64,000 nucleotides of DNA from an uncultured Gemmatimonadales bacterium (GTDB taxonomy: Bacteria; Gemmatimonadota; Gemmatimonadetes; Longimicrobiales; RSA9): contig CAWCRS010000008.1 of NCBI GenBank assembly GCA_963798085.1, forward strand, positions 59,058 through 123,057. The letters run 5' to 3'. Made by a program: the position numbers and the translations under genes. This document shows positions 49,239 to 58,208 of this stretch, one piece after another. The notes beneath the pieces were generated by a model. It was not told where the DNA came from, searched no databases, and was given only the letters and a program-made list of their open reading frames with translations. The number at the start of each line of letters is the position of its first letter. Position 1 is the first letter of the stretch.

Positions 49239-49745
49239 ATGCGCATCCACCGATTCGCGACACTGCTGCTGCTGGGATGCGCTCTTGCCTGTTCGCAGGA
49301 TGCGACTGCGCCGGATCCAGCGAAGCTCACCTACGATCCGTCGCTGGGCATCGATATCACGCAGATGACGCACACGGCCAGCGGCCTGTACTACCAGGAC
49401 GTGACCGTGGGCAGCGGCACCGCAGCCAGTGCGGGCAGCACCGTGCACGCGCTGTACAGCGGCTGGCTGCATGACGGCACGCTGTTCGGCGCCGCCGAGG
49501 ATCCCAACGACCCGCTCATCTTCCGGCTGGGTGTGGGCGAGGTGATCAAGGGCTGGGATGAAGGTGTGGCAGGCATGCGCGAAGGTGGTGAGCGCAAACT
49601 CGTGATTCCGCCTGCACTCGGTTACGGCAACCGCGCCAACGGACCGATTCCGGCAAATTCCACACTGGTGTTCCGCATCCAGATCATCAGCGTGCAGCTA
49701 CCGATGCGCGCCCCCAATGTCGGGATACATTGTGGCGGCGGGTAA
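49239..49745 (+). CDS. FKBP-type peptidyl-prolyl cis-trans isomerase lipoprotein
   Basis: AAGGAG RBS and lipobox LLLGCALACS. FKBP core: GLYYQDVTVGSG..VHALYSGWLHDGTLF..FRLGVGEVIKGWDEGVAGMREGGERKLVIPPALGYG. Confidence 0.85.
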   Translation: MRIHRFATLLLLGCALACSQDATAPDPAKLTYDPSLGIDITQMTHTASGLYYQDVTVGSGTAASAGSTVHALYSGWLHDGTLFGAAEDPNDPLIFRLGVGEVIKGWDEGVAGMREGGERKLVIPPALGYGNRANGPIPANSTLVFRIQIISVQLPMRAPNVGIHCGGG

Positions 49746-50817
49746 GTCACTGCCCTCGAGTTCACGCGCGCACCACGCGAGAATGCGACCGCGCAGGTCG
49801 GCGGGCACGTCCTTGTGTCGATCGGCGGTGCCGCGCACGAACAGCTCGGCATTGGTCTGCAGCAGGTGCGGCGGGTTCATCTCGAAGGCGTCCTTGTGCC
49901 GCTGCATGTAATCGAAGCCGGTCTTCTCGACGATGCTCGCGACCTCCGCATCCGTGAGCGGCTGCATGCCCAGGAAATCAGCGACCCGGCGCACGGTGCC
50001 GGGCAGGTCACGCTTCATTTCCTCGAAGTACACAAACAGAACGTTAGTGCCGGACGTGGACCGCTGCCACCAGCCCCTGACATGGTCCGGCCAGGTGCCC
50101 CACCACATCAGCTCGGGTGAACAGAACCACGCCTCGACCTCGGACAGCGGCGGCGCCGCCGCGCCAATGTTGGTGGCCACGAAATCGACGCAGCTGGCGA
50201 AGCACGATACCGGATGGCGTGCCACATACACGTACTTCGACTCCGGGCTGAACGGGCACAGCTGCGCGGGCAGATGCGTCTTGATGATGCGAGAAGGGCG
50301 TTCGCTGCCGATGAGTGGCGCCTGCTCGATGGGTACGCTCTTCAACGCCTCGATCCACGGCGAAATCGCGTACATCGTCCTGCCCGTGTCCACAATGTCG
50401 CCGTGACCGCGCTGCAGAACCTCGTACACGACGTGCTGCATCCAGGTCGTGCCGCACTTCATTCTGCGTGGCCACAAAGATGTCTTCCGGGCGCGCGTGG
50501 TACTCGTCCGCGCGGGCGAAACTCGCCGCACTGCAGGTGCCGCGCGGGCCCGCGATTCCCTTGTGGTGAAAACTCCCCTTGGCAAACGTGAAGGACGAGA
50601 AGCGCCCGATCAGCCGCAGGATCGGAAAGAGGATGCGAGCCTGACGACGAAGGGTCGCCTTGAACTGCTCCCGTTCCGCCGGCGAGAGACCGTAATAGCC
50701 CAGTCCGTTCGTCTTCTGGTCACCCCACGTCAGCACCACCGACAGATAGATCAGCTGGCCGAACAGGAACACCACCACGGCCGCAGCCGCGATCAGAATC
50801 CATTTCACGACACCCAT
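49698..50817 (-). CDS. membrane-anchored sulfotransferase (Sulfotransfer_1-like); split by an apparent frameshift near 50462
   Basis: N-terminal TM anchor MGVVKWILIAAAAVVVFLFGQLIYLSVVL. Junction: ..RPEDIFVATQ | MKCGTTWMQHVVYEVL (PAPS 5'-phosphosulfate loop KCGTTW). KTHLP motif. The C-terminal body is in ORF 49698..50585. Confidence 0.75.
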
Positions 50818-50958
50818 GCGCTCGCCCCTCGACAGTCGCTGCGATGGCGCAAGCATAGACGTCCCGCACCGCGCCCGGCAAGCACCACGCAGTGGCCGCA
50901 CACACCCGCGACACGGCGCGGCCCCGCCTGCCCGCCGCAGATGCGCCTTGCCGTACTA

Positions 50959-50987
50959 CTGTCGATATGATACTATCATGTTGACAG
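50959..50987. promoter_or_regulatory. AT-rich 29-bp near-palindrome between divergent genes (candidate operator)
   Basis: CTGTCGATATGATACTATCATGTTGACAG. Twelve of 14 arm positions pair around the centre at 50973. It contains TTGACA and lies about 55 bp upstream of the permease start at 51042 and about 140 bp upstream of the sulfotransferase start. Confidence 0.35.
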
Positions 50988-51041
50988 TGCCGGGCCGCCC
51001 ACCAGCGCAACGCTGCCACCATGCAGCAGGGAGCATGCTCG

Positions 51042-53729
51042 ATGATGCGGGTCTATCGCTGGCTGCTTCGCCTGTTCCCGCGCGAATTCCGCGACACGTT
51101 CGGCGCCGACATGGAAGCGCTGTTGCGCGAGCAGCTGCGTGCGGCCGGTGTTTCGCGCAGGCGACGGGCGCGGGTCTGGGTGGGCGGCGTGCTGGACGTG
51201 GTCACGCAGGGATGGGCGGAGCAGCGGCGACGTCGGGCAGCAGGCTCACGCCGGGCGGGTGCGCTGATACAGGATGCGCGCCTGGCCGTGCGTTCGCTGC
51301 GCCGCACGCCCGGTTTTGCGGCGGTGTCACTGCTGACGTTGATGCTGGGCACGGGCGCGACTGCTGCCGTGTTCAGCGTCGTGAATGCGCTGTTGCTGCG
51401 GCCGCTTCCGTTCCCGCAGCCCGGGCGGCTGGTGGCGGTGTGGCCCGAGAAGGGTTTTAACGCGGTACTCGTGCACCGGCTGGCGCAGCGGCTGCCGGCG
51501 CTCCAGGCGGTGGCGGGCGTGGGCGGGTACACGCTGACGCTCGCCGGTGACCGTGGCGTGGAGCCGCGCCAGATCAACGCGCTCCTGGTAACACCGAATT
51601 ATCTGGACGTGCTGGGTGTGCGACCGGTGCTGGGCCGTGGCTTCGCGCCGGGGGAGGACGGGATCGGCAGTTCCGGCGTGGTGCTCCTGAGCTACGAGCT
51701 GTGGCTCGGGCGGTTCGGCGGGGACCGGGGTGTGCTGGGCCGCGAGATCGCGCTGGCGGGCGCCGATCACGAGACCCGCGTCGTAATCGGTGTGCTGCCG
51801 CCGCTGCCGCGCGCCGTGGGAGGCACGGGCGACGTGTGGGTGCCGCTGCAACCGCGCGCGTCGCTGACGGTGGCGGACGGGTCGCAGAGCTGGGTTCCGC
51901 TCGATCCCGGGACGGCGGCGTACGCGGCGGACGGGTCGTACTGGGTCAATCTCTGCATCGGCCGTCTGGCGCCCGGAGCGACGCGCGAGCAGGCGACGGC
52001 GCAGCTGCGCGCCGCGGCGGCGGCACTGCAGCGGGAGTCGCCGACGCTGGTGCGCGATGAGGAAGTACGCACGGCGAGTGTGCGGGACCTGCGCTCGGCG
52101 CTGACTGCCGACACGCGACCGGCGCTCTGGGTGCTTTTCGGCGCTGTGGGTCTGGTACTGCTGATCGGCTGCGCCAACCTCGCGAATCTCATGCTGGCGC
52201 GGGGTGAGGCTCGTCAGCGCGAGCTGTCGTTGCGGGGCGCGCTGGGCGCCGGCCGTGGTCGCATCATCGGCATGCTGCTGACCGAGGCGCTGGTGCTGTC
52301 GCTGGCCGGTGGCGCAGCCGGCCTGGTGCTGGCCCGGGTGCTGCTGCGCGTGATCACGCTGCTGGCGCCACCGCAGCTGGGCACTCTCGACGGCGTGGCG
52401 ATCAATGGCGGCGTGCTGACATTCGCGTTCGCGGTGTCCGTCGGCGCCGCGCTCCTCTTCGGTACTGTGCCGGCGGTGCGGGCGGGCCGCTTGCCGGCGG
52501 GTGCCACGCTGCGTCAGGGCGGCCGGGGCACACTGGGGATGAGCCGGAAGGGCGCGGTCAGTCGCACGCTGGTCGCACTCGAGCTTGCGCTCGCCATCGT
52601 CGTGGTGGTTGCTTCGCTGCTGATGGTGCGCAGCCTGCGCCAGCTCTGGGCCGTGGACCCGGGTTTCCGCGCGGATCGTGTGCTGGTGATGCGGCCGAGT
52701 CCTGCGGAATCATCGGCGCCCAACGCTGCGGCGTATCTGCGCTTCTACGACCGCGTGCTGGAGCGTGTGCGCGCACTGCCCGGCGTCGAGACCGCAGCCG
52801 CGATTCAGGTGCTGCCCGCGACCGGCTCGGGCTGGCAATTCCCCACCTTCGTGGAGGGGCAGGAGACACCTGCTGGCACACCGCCGCCCGCTTACAGCTT
52901 CCGGGTGATCACGCCTGATTACTTCACTGTCCTGGACATTCCCCTGCTGGGGGGCCGCACCATTGCGTCGGGTGACCGCGCCGGCACGGACCGGGTCATG
53001 GTGGTGAACCACGCGTTAGCGACACTGCTGTGGCCGGGCCAGGACGCCATCGGGCGCAGGATCCGCATGTTCGATCGGACCGGTGCGCCCTTCACCGTGG
53101 TGGGCGTCGTGGGGGACACGCGGCAGCGACTGAACCGCCCCGCCGAGCCGGAGCTGTACGTGGCGCTGGCCCAGATCGGCTGGGAAGTGACCATGAACCT
53201 TGTGCTGCGCACCCGTCCGGCGGATCCCATGACACTGGCGCCGGCGGCGCGTGCCACGGTGTGGTCCATCGACCCGCAGGTGCCCATTACTCAGCTGGGA
53301 GCACTGCGCGATGTGGTCGGCAGGGGCACGGCGAACACGCGTTTCCTGACACTGCTGTTAGCGGCGTTCGGCGGACTGGCGCTGCTGCTGGGCGCCATCG
53401 GTGTCTATGGCGTGACCGCGTACACCGTGGCCCGGCGCATTCCCGAGTTCGGCGTGCGCATGGCGCTGGGGGCAGGGCCTGCGGCTGTCATGGGATCGTC
53501 GCTGCGGAGCAGCATGCCACCCGTGTTCGCAGGCCTGGCGCTGGGCCTGATCGGCGGGCTCGTGGGCGGCCGGCTGCTGCGCGACATGCTGTTCGGCGTG
53601 GACGCGCACGACCCACTCACGTTCCTGGCTGTGACGCTGGCACTGCTGGCTGTGGCGATGCTCGCGATCCTGGTCCCGGCGAGGCGGGCCACACGTGTCG
53701 ATCCCGCCAGCATCCTGCGGGGCAACTGA
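51042..53729 (+). CDS. duplicated FtsX/MacB-type orphan permease (ADOP-like) with an N-terminal cytoplasmic prefix domain; intact
   Basis: MMRVYRWLLRLFPREFRDTFGADMEALLREQL prefix, two FtsX modules, and C-terminus VPARRATRVDPASILRGN. The ATG at 51042 is preceded by CAGGGAG; the ORF could start at 51021. Confidence 0.85.
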   Translation: MMRVYRWLLRLFPREFRDTFGADMEALLREQLRAAGVSRRRRARVWVGGVLDVVTQGWAEQRRRRAAGSRRAGALIQDARLAVRSLRRTPGFAAVSLLTLMLGTGATAAVFSVVNALLLRPLPFPQPGRLVAVWPEKGFNAVLVHRLAQRLPALQAVAGVGGYTLTLAGDRGVEPRQINALLVTPNYLDVLGVRPVLGRGFAPGEDGIGSSGVVLLSYELWLGRFGGDRGVLGREIALAGADHETRVVIGVLPPLPRAVGGTGDVWVPLQPRASLTVADGSQSWVPLDPGTAAYAADGSYWVNLCIGRLAPGATREQATAQLRAAAAALQRESPTLVRDEEVRTASVRDLRSALTADTRPALWVLFGAVGLVLLIGCANLANLMLARGEARQRELSLRGALGAGRGRIIGMLLTEALVLSLAGGAAGLVLARVLLRVITLLAPPQLGTLDGVAINGGVLTFAFAVSVGAALLFGTVPAVRAGRLPAGATLRQGGRGTLGMSRKGAVSRTLVALELALAIVVVVASLLMVRSLRQLWAVDPGFRADRVLVMRPSPAESSAPNAAAYLRFYDRVLERVRALPGVETAAAIQVLPATGSGWQFPTFVEGQETPAGTPPPAYSFRVITPDYFTVLDIPLLGGRTIASGDRAGTDRVMVVNHALATLLWPGQDAIGRRIRMFDRTGAPFTVVGVVGDTRQRLNRPAEPELYVALAQIGWEVTMNLVLRTRPADPMTLAPAARATVWSIDPQVPITQLGALRDVVGRGTANTRFLTLLLAAFGGLALLLGAIGVYGVTAYTVARRIPEFGVRMALGAGPAAVMGSSLRSSMPPVFAGLALGLIGGLVGGRLLRDMLFGVDAHDPLTFLAVTLALLAVAMLAILVPARRATRVDPASILRGN

Positions 53730-53741
53730 TCGCTTGCGAAT

Positions 53742-55050
53742 TCAGCCGATCAGCGTCGCGGGCCGCGTGCGGCCGTGCTGTACCGCGAAACGGATGGCCT
53801 CCCAGTCGGCCATGCCGAACCAGAAGATGGTCCAGCGATCATCCTTCACGGCGCCATCGCAGTTCGCGAAGTAGAATTCGTTGATCGCATTGCCTCTACG
53901 GGAACGCCAGAAGAGCTGCGGGTTCTCCGGTCGCATCACCTGCCAGAATGGCTCGCCCGAGGCCTTCGCCCTGTGCGTCGTCCGCCACGACGAACTTGTC
54001 CATCCACGTCAGCTTCCCTTCGCGCGTGAGCACGATCGCGGCGCGATAATGCTCGCTCAGGTAGACGCGGAACGGCCGTGTCGTTTCGAAGTAATCCTGT
54101 GTCAGGGGCCGGCCGAAGCTCGACTGCACGAGCGTACGCAGGCGCTCCCGGTCAATGCGCTTCCACAATGGGTAGCGACGAATGCGTTCGCCCCGGCGGA
54201 CCAGTGTGCCCGAGCCGCGGTGCGTGAAGAGCTCCTTCGCCATTTCGTCGGGACGGGTGATGGACAGCGAGCTGGAGGGCGGCAGCTGCATCAGCAGGGC
54301 ATGAATCTGCTCGATCTCCCGGCGCATGCCGGGCTGCAGCCACGGCTGGCGGATCAGCTCATCGTACTCGGTACTGAGGTTGATGGAATCGATCACGCGC
54401 TCGCGATCATCGAGCAGGCCACCGGTCGGCGTCAGGAAAATGATCTTGTAGGGCTGCAGCCGCCTGACCAGCTCGTGCGTCGCGGAGTCGACACTGACAT
54501 CGAGGATCTGCCCGCCTGCGGTTTCGCCCAGCGAGGCCAGCACCGGAATCGAGCCCACCGCGATGGCCGCTTCAATGCCGGACGTGTGCACACGGACGAC
54601 GCGACCGCACAGGCCGTGGCGACCGCCCGTGAGGAGGTCCGCCTCGAATACACCGGAGGGAATCGACGTCGCGCGCACGCCCTCGGCCTGCAGTGCCTCG
54701 ACCAGCCGCAGGTTTTCCAGCTGCAGCACGCGTCGCACCACCGCGAGCGCGGCGGCACTCGTGTACGGAGTTCCGGCGACGCTGCGCCTCCGGATGCCGG
54801 CGGCCGTCAATTCCTCGTCGAGACGCGGCCCCGCGCCATGCACGACGATCGGTGTCAGTCCCACCTGCTGCAGGAAGGCGAGCGAAGAGACGAGCGGATC
54901 CAGCTCATCGCGCAGGATCGCGCCACCCGCCTTCACCACCGCGAAGCGCGCGGCGTCGATCTGCGAGAAGCGCTTCAGATAGAGCTGGATCTCGCGCGTG
55001 CTGCCCATGTTCGAGAGCAGGCGCACAATGGTGGGACGCATGTTGGTCAT
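53742..55050 (-). CDS. bifunctional-type N-acetylglutamate synthase/kinase-like protein (amino-acid kinase + GNAT-like C-domain); split by an apparent frameshift near 53945
   Basis: Kinase fold: [22 protein letters not shown]-terminal junction: ..[13 protein letters not shown] | [25 protein letters not shown], which absorbs the 65-aa ORF 53742..53939. Confidence 0.75.
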
Positions 55051-55063
55051 GGCGCGGACACCC

Positions 55064-56126
55064 TCATCGGCAGCGACCCTGCTTCACGCCATGGATCAGC
55101 TCATCCTGCGACAGGATCTGTGGGCGCGGCAGCATGAGCGCGGGGAAATAGTGCCGCGTATAGATACGCACCATCAGACTGTCACGCGTCCGGCCGAACG
55201 TCAGCACCTCGATGTGCTCCACGCGATCGGGCAGCATGTTGTCCAGCCGCTCGTCGCCTGTGAACGGCGGCCCCTCGTCGATGACGAAGCAGCCGACGCG
55301 CTTCAGGCGGGTGCCCAGATACTCCTTGAGTACGTCGCGCACCGTCCGGTTCACGTTGATGAGCAGCTGCTCGCGGGTGATCACGGGTGTTGACGGATCG
55401 CTGCGCTGCGCCGAGCGCGCCGTCAGCCTTGCCTTGGCGTCCGCGATCAGACGGTTGGCAATGGGGTCGAGCTTCGAGCGCGATGCGCAGAATCGTGTCA
55501 TTCTCGGCCACGACGGCCAGCGACCGGGGCTTGTAGCCGAGATCGCTGATCTGCAGCACGAACGGCACATTCGCCGGCACTTCCTTGAAACGGAAACGCC
55601 CCGAGACATTGGTACGCTGCGGCTTGCCGGGCGGTTTTGCGACCACCACATCGAGCAGCTCGCGGCCCGTCTCCGCGTCGGTGATCACGCCGCTGACCGA
55701 CACCTTCGCTGCCTGCACGTTCACGGTATCGAGTGCGACGGGCGCAGGCTCGAGCGCGATGGTCAGCGTGGTGTCACGGTGCACGAGAAAATCGACCTCC
55801 TCGTCCTTCCATCCCAGCGCGTGTACGACGATGGTGTAGCGACCCGCCGGCACGTCGTCGAACCGGAACTGCCCGTCACTGCCCGTCAGCACCGTCAGCA
55901 GGCCGCGCAACTCGACACTTGCGCCGGCAATGCGACCGCCTGTCCGCTGCTCTGTCACCGTGCCCTGTACCGTGTACTGCTGCGCGGCAGCGCTCGCCGC
56001 GGTCACAGCCGTGGTGACGAGGCTCAGCCCGAGCGCCACGCCAATACGCGTGAGACTTGTTTCGCGCACCACGGCACGCGACGCGGCGACTCCGCAGGAA
56101 GTCCTCCGCGCGGGGGTGCAGGCCAT
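55064..56126 (-). CDS. CarboxypepD_reg-like tandem-domain protein; split by an apparent frameshift near 55472
   Basis: Two regulatory-like beta-sandwich repeats ([21 protein letters not shown].. and [19 protein letters not shown]..). Junction: ..[11 protein letters not shown] | [16 protein letters not shown]. Confidence 0.65.
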
Positions 56127-56276
56127 GACTCCACCATCTCTCTGATTCGAGGCCTCGCGGACAGCGAAAGGTTCGGCAACGGGCGCCTGCTCGCAAGGGC
56201 AGCGAAGCGGTGAAGCGCCGCATCGCCGCGATGAACGGATCAAGCCGGGCGGTGGCGCGCAGTGCGCCGCACGCAT

Positions 56277-57497
56277 TCAGGAGTGCGGCCGCAGCGCGTC
56301 CAGTGGCAGGAAGGTGCCGTCATCGACGTGGCCATCCTTCACGTGGTACACGGTGATGCCGGAGCGGAGCCCCATCGGTCCTCCGCTCGTGGGAGGATCC
56401 GTCACCGCCGCAGTCTGGTAGAAGCGGCGCGTGCCGACGGCCGTCTCGTAACGGAGCATCTCGCGACAATGCATGTGGCCGCCCAGCGCGATTTCGAGAT
56501 GGCCGCCCACCACCGCCAGCACATCCTGCACATTGCTCACAGTGTGGCGGAAGTAGGTGTGGCCATTGACGCGGATGGTCGTCGGCGCCGGACCATCCTC
56601 ATTGAAGCCGTTGAGCTGGTCGTTCGCGCTGAGCAGGGGGATGTGGTTGAAGGTGACGACGGGCCGGTCGGGCGGCAGCCGCGCCAGATCACGCTCGAGC
56701 CACGCCAGCTGCACACTGTCGACATGGCCGTGATACCAGAGATCCTCGTAGTCCTGCGTGTCCAGCCCGACGAAGTGCACGCCGCCAAAGTCGAACGCGT
56801 AGTAGTCCGGCCCGAAACGGGACCGGTACATGCGCTTGCCATACAGCGGATGGGACGCGCTGACCAGAGAGCGCTGCCGTTCAATGCCGAAGATGTCGTG
56901 ATTGCCGGGCACGGTGTGCACGGGCATGCGGAAGCCGGCCAGCTCGTGCGCCACCATGTCGAAATAGCCGGTCGCCTGGGCCTCACCCACACGCAGCGCG
57001 TCGCGCACCAGGTCACCCGTGATGAGCACGAACGCAGGCGAGATCGAGTCCACCATGTGCTCCATGCGCCGCATGCGGGGAAGGTCGGCCGAGTCGAGGT
57101 GCGTGTCCGAAGCGTGCACGAAGGTGAACTCGCGCGGTGCGGGTGCCCGGGTCACTGCAAACGACATGTTAGAGCCAGGCTCGGCGCGCCGCCAGAAAGA
57201 GCCGCGCAGAGCGTAGCCATCGGGCTGCTCGATGAAGACGACGCCGTACCCCTGCGCGTCCATGGCGAACCGGCCGGCGGCATCCGTGCTCACGACCGAG
57301 ACCTGATCCGACACGGCGACGCCCGCCAGACCTGCCTCGCCGGGATCACGCACACCATTGCCATTGCCGTCCACAAAGACCTCGCCGGTCACATGAGCCG
57401 GCTGGCGCACACGCTCCGCAAGCTGCGCACGGAGCGGCGCTGCAAGGCAAACGAGCCCGATGAGGAGAGGTCCCGGAGTCATTGTCTTCATGGTCAT
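56277..57497 (-). CDS. secreted calcineurin-like metallophosphoesterase with an N-terminal SdrD-B/CarboxypepD-like domain
   Basis: MTMKTMTPGPLLIGLVCLAAPLRAQ signal peptide. Motifs: FVHASDTHLD, ITGDLVRD, PGNHD, GGHMH. Confidence 0.8.
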   Translation of the reverse strand: MTMKTMTPGPLLIGLVCLAAPLRAQLAERVRQPAHVTGEVFVDGNGNGVRDPGEAGLAGVAVSDQVSVVSTDAAGRFAMDAQGYGVVFIEQPDGYALRGSFWRRAEPGSNMSFAVTRAPAPREFTFVHASDTHLDSADLPRMRRMEHMVDSISPAFVLITGDLVRDALRVGEAQATGYFDMVAHELAGFRMPVHTVPGNHDIFGIERQRSLVSASHPLYGKRMYRSRFGPDYYAFDFGGVHFVGLDTQDYEDLWYHGHVDSVQLAWLERDLARLPPDRPVVTFNHIPLLSANDQLNGFNEDGPAPTTIRVNGHTYFRHTVSNVQDVLAVVGGHLEIALGGHMHCREMLRYETAVGTRRFYQTAAVTDPPTSGGPMGLRSGITVYHVKDGHVDDGTFLPLDALRPHS

Positions 57498-57686
57498 CCC
57501 GCTGTCAGGTAACAGGACAGTCGAAACCGTCCGCCCGCTCATTCCCGATCGTAATGCGGCCCGGCCCGAAAAGCATGCGTCGCGGGGCGGTCCGTGCGCC
57601 ATACCCTCCCGGGTTGCCCTCTGCGGGGGTGAGGACTCGTGCGAACACGCATTCTCTCGCGTCATCGGCGGGCGGGGAGGGGCCGG

Positions 57687-58163
57687 AGGAACGGATAACG
57701 GCAACGGACAACGGACAACGGAAATTCTCACACAGTGGCCACGGAGGGCACTGGGGACGGATCGACGGAAACAGGATCGGCGATCGCGGGGGACACATTT
57801 CCTGAGAATGACTGCAACAGGGAGAAGCCTGCGCTGCGGGCAGAATCATCATGGATGGAAAGGAGTATGTCTGGCATCAGCACTGCCCGCACGGTCGCGT
57901 GCGCGGCAGCGCGGGATCGTGGAGCGAATGTCGGTCAGAGTCGTTGCCCGCAGCAAGGTGTCATATAACTGACAAACCGGGCACCACTGAAACCGATCAA
58001 CCACAGCTACCGACTCCCCGTCACCACCTCCACTCCAGCTCCTGCATCGAGACTGTTCAGCCCCAATGCCCCCCCCCGTGTCCGCACCCTGCCGACTCGT
58101 GTGTTATCCGTCCTCAGTGCCCCCTGTGGCCTCTGTGTGATAAAATTCTGTTATCCGTCCTCG
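57687..58163. repeat. ~480-bp intergenic element bounded by inverted repeats related to E1 (MITE-like candidate, copy E2)
   Basis: The left arm contains GGAACGGATAACGG..(CAACGGA)n..AATTCTCACACAGTGGCCACGGAGGGCACTGGGGACGGAT (57687-57763). The reverse complement of the right arm (58103-58163) is CCGAGGACGGATAACAGAATTTTATCACACAGAGGCCACAGGGGGCACTGAGGACGGATAAC. Confidence 0.7.
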
Positions 58164-58208
58164 GCGCCCTCGTTTTCGAGCCTCCGAGCCTCGCTGCACG
58201 AGTCGCGA

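Noticed and set aside
53742-53939. The 65-aa ORF as an independent small gene.
   Set aside because: Its sequence ([21 protein letters not shown]..) is the natural C-terminal continuation of the NAGS/K-like gene after a single frame change near 53945.
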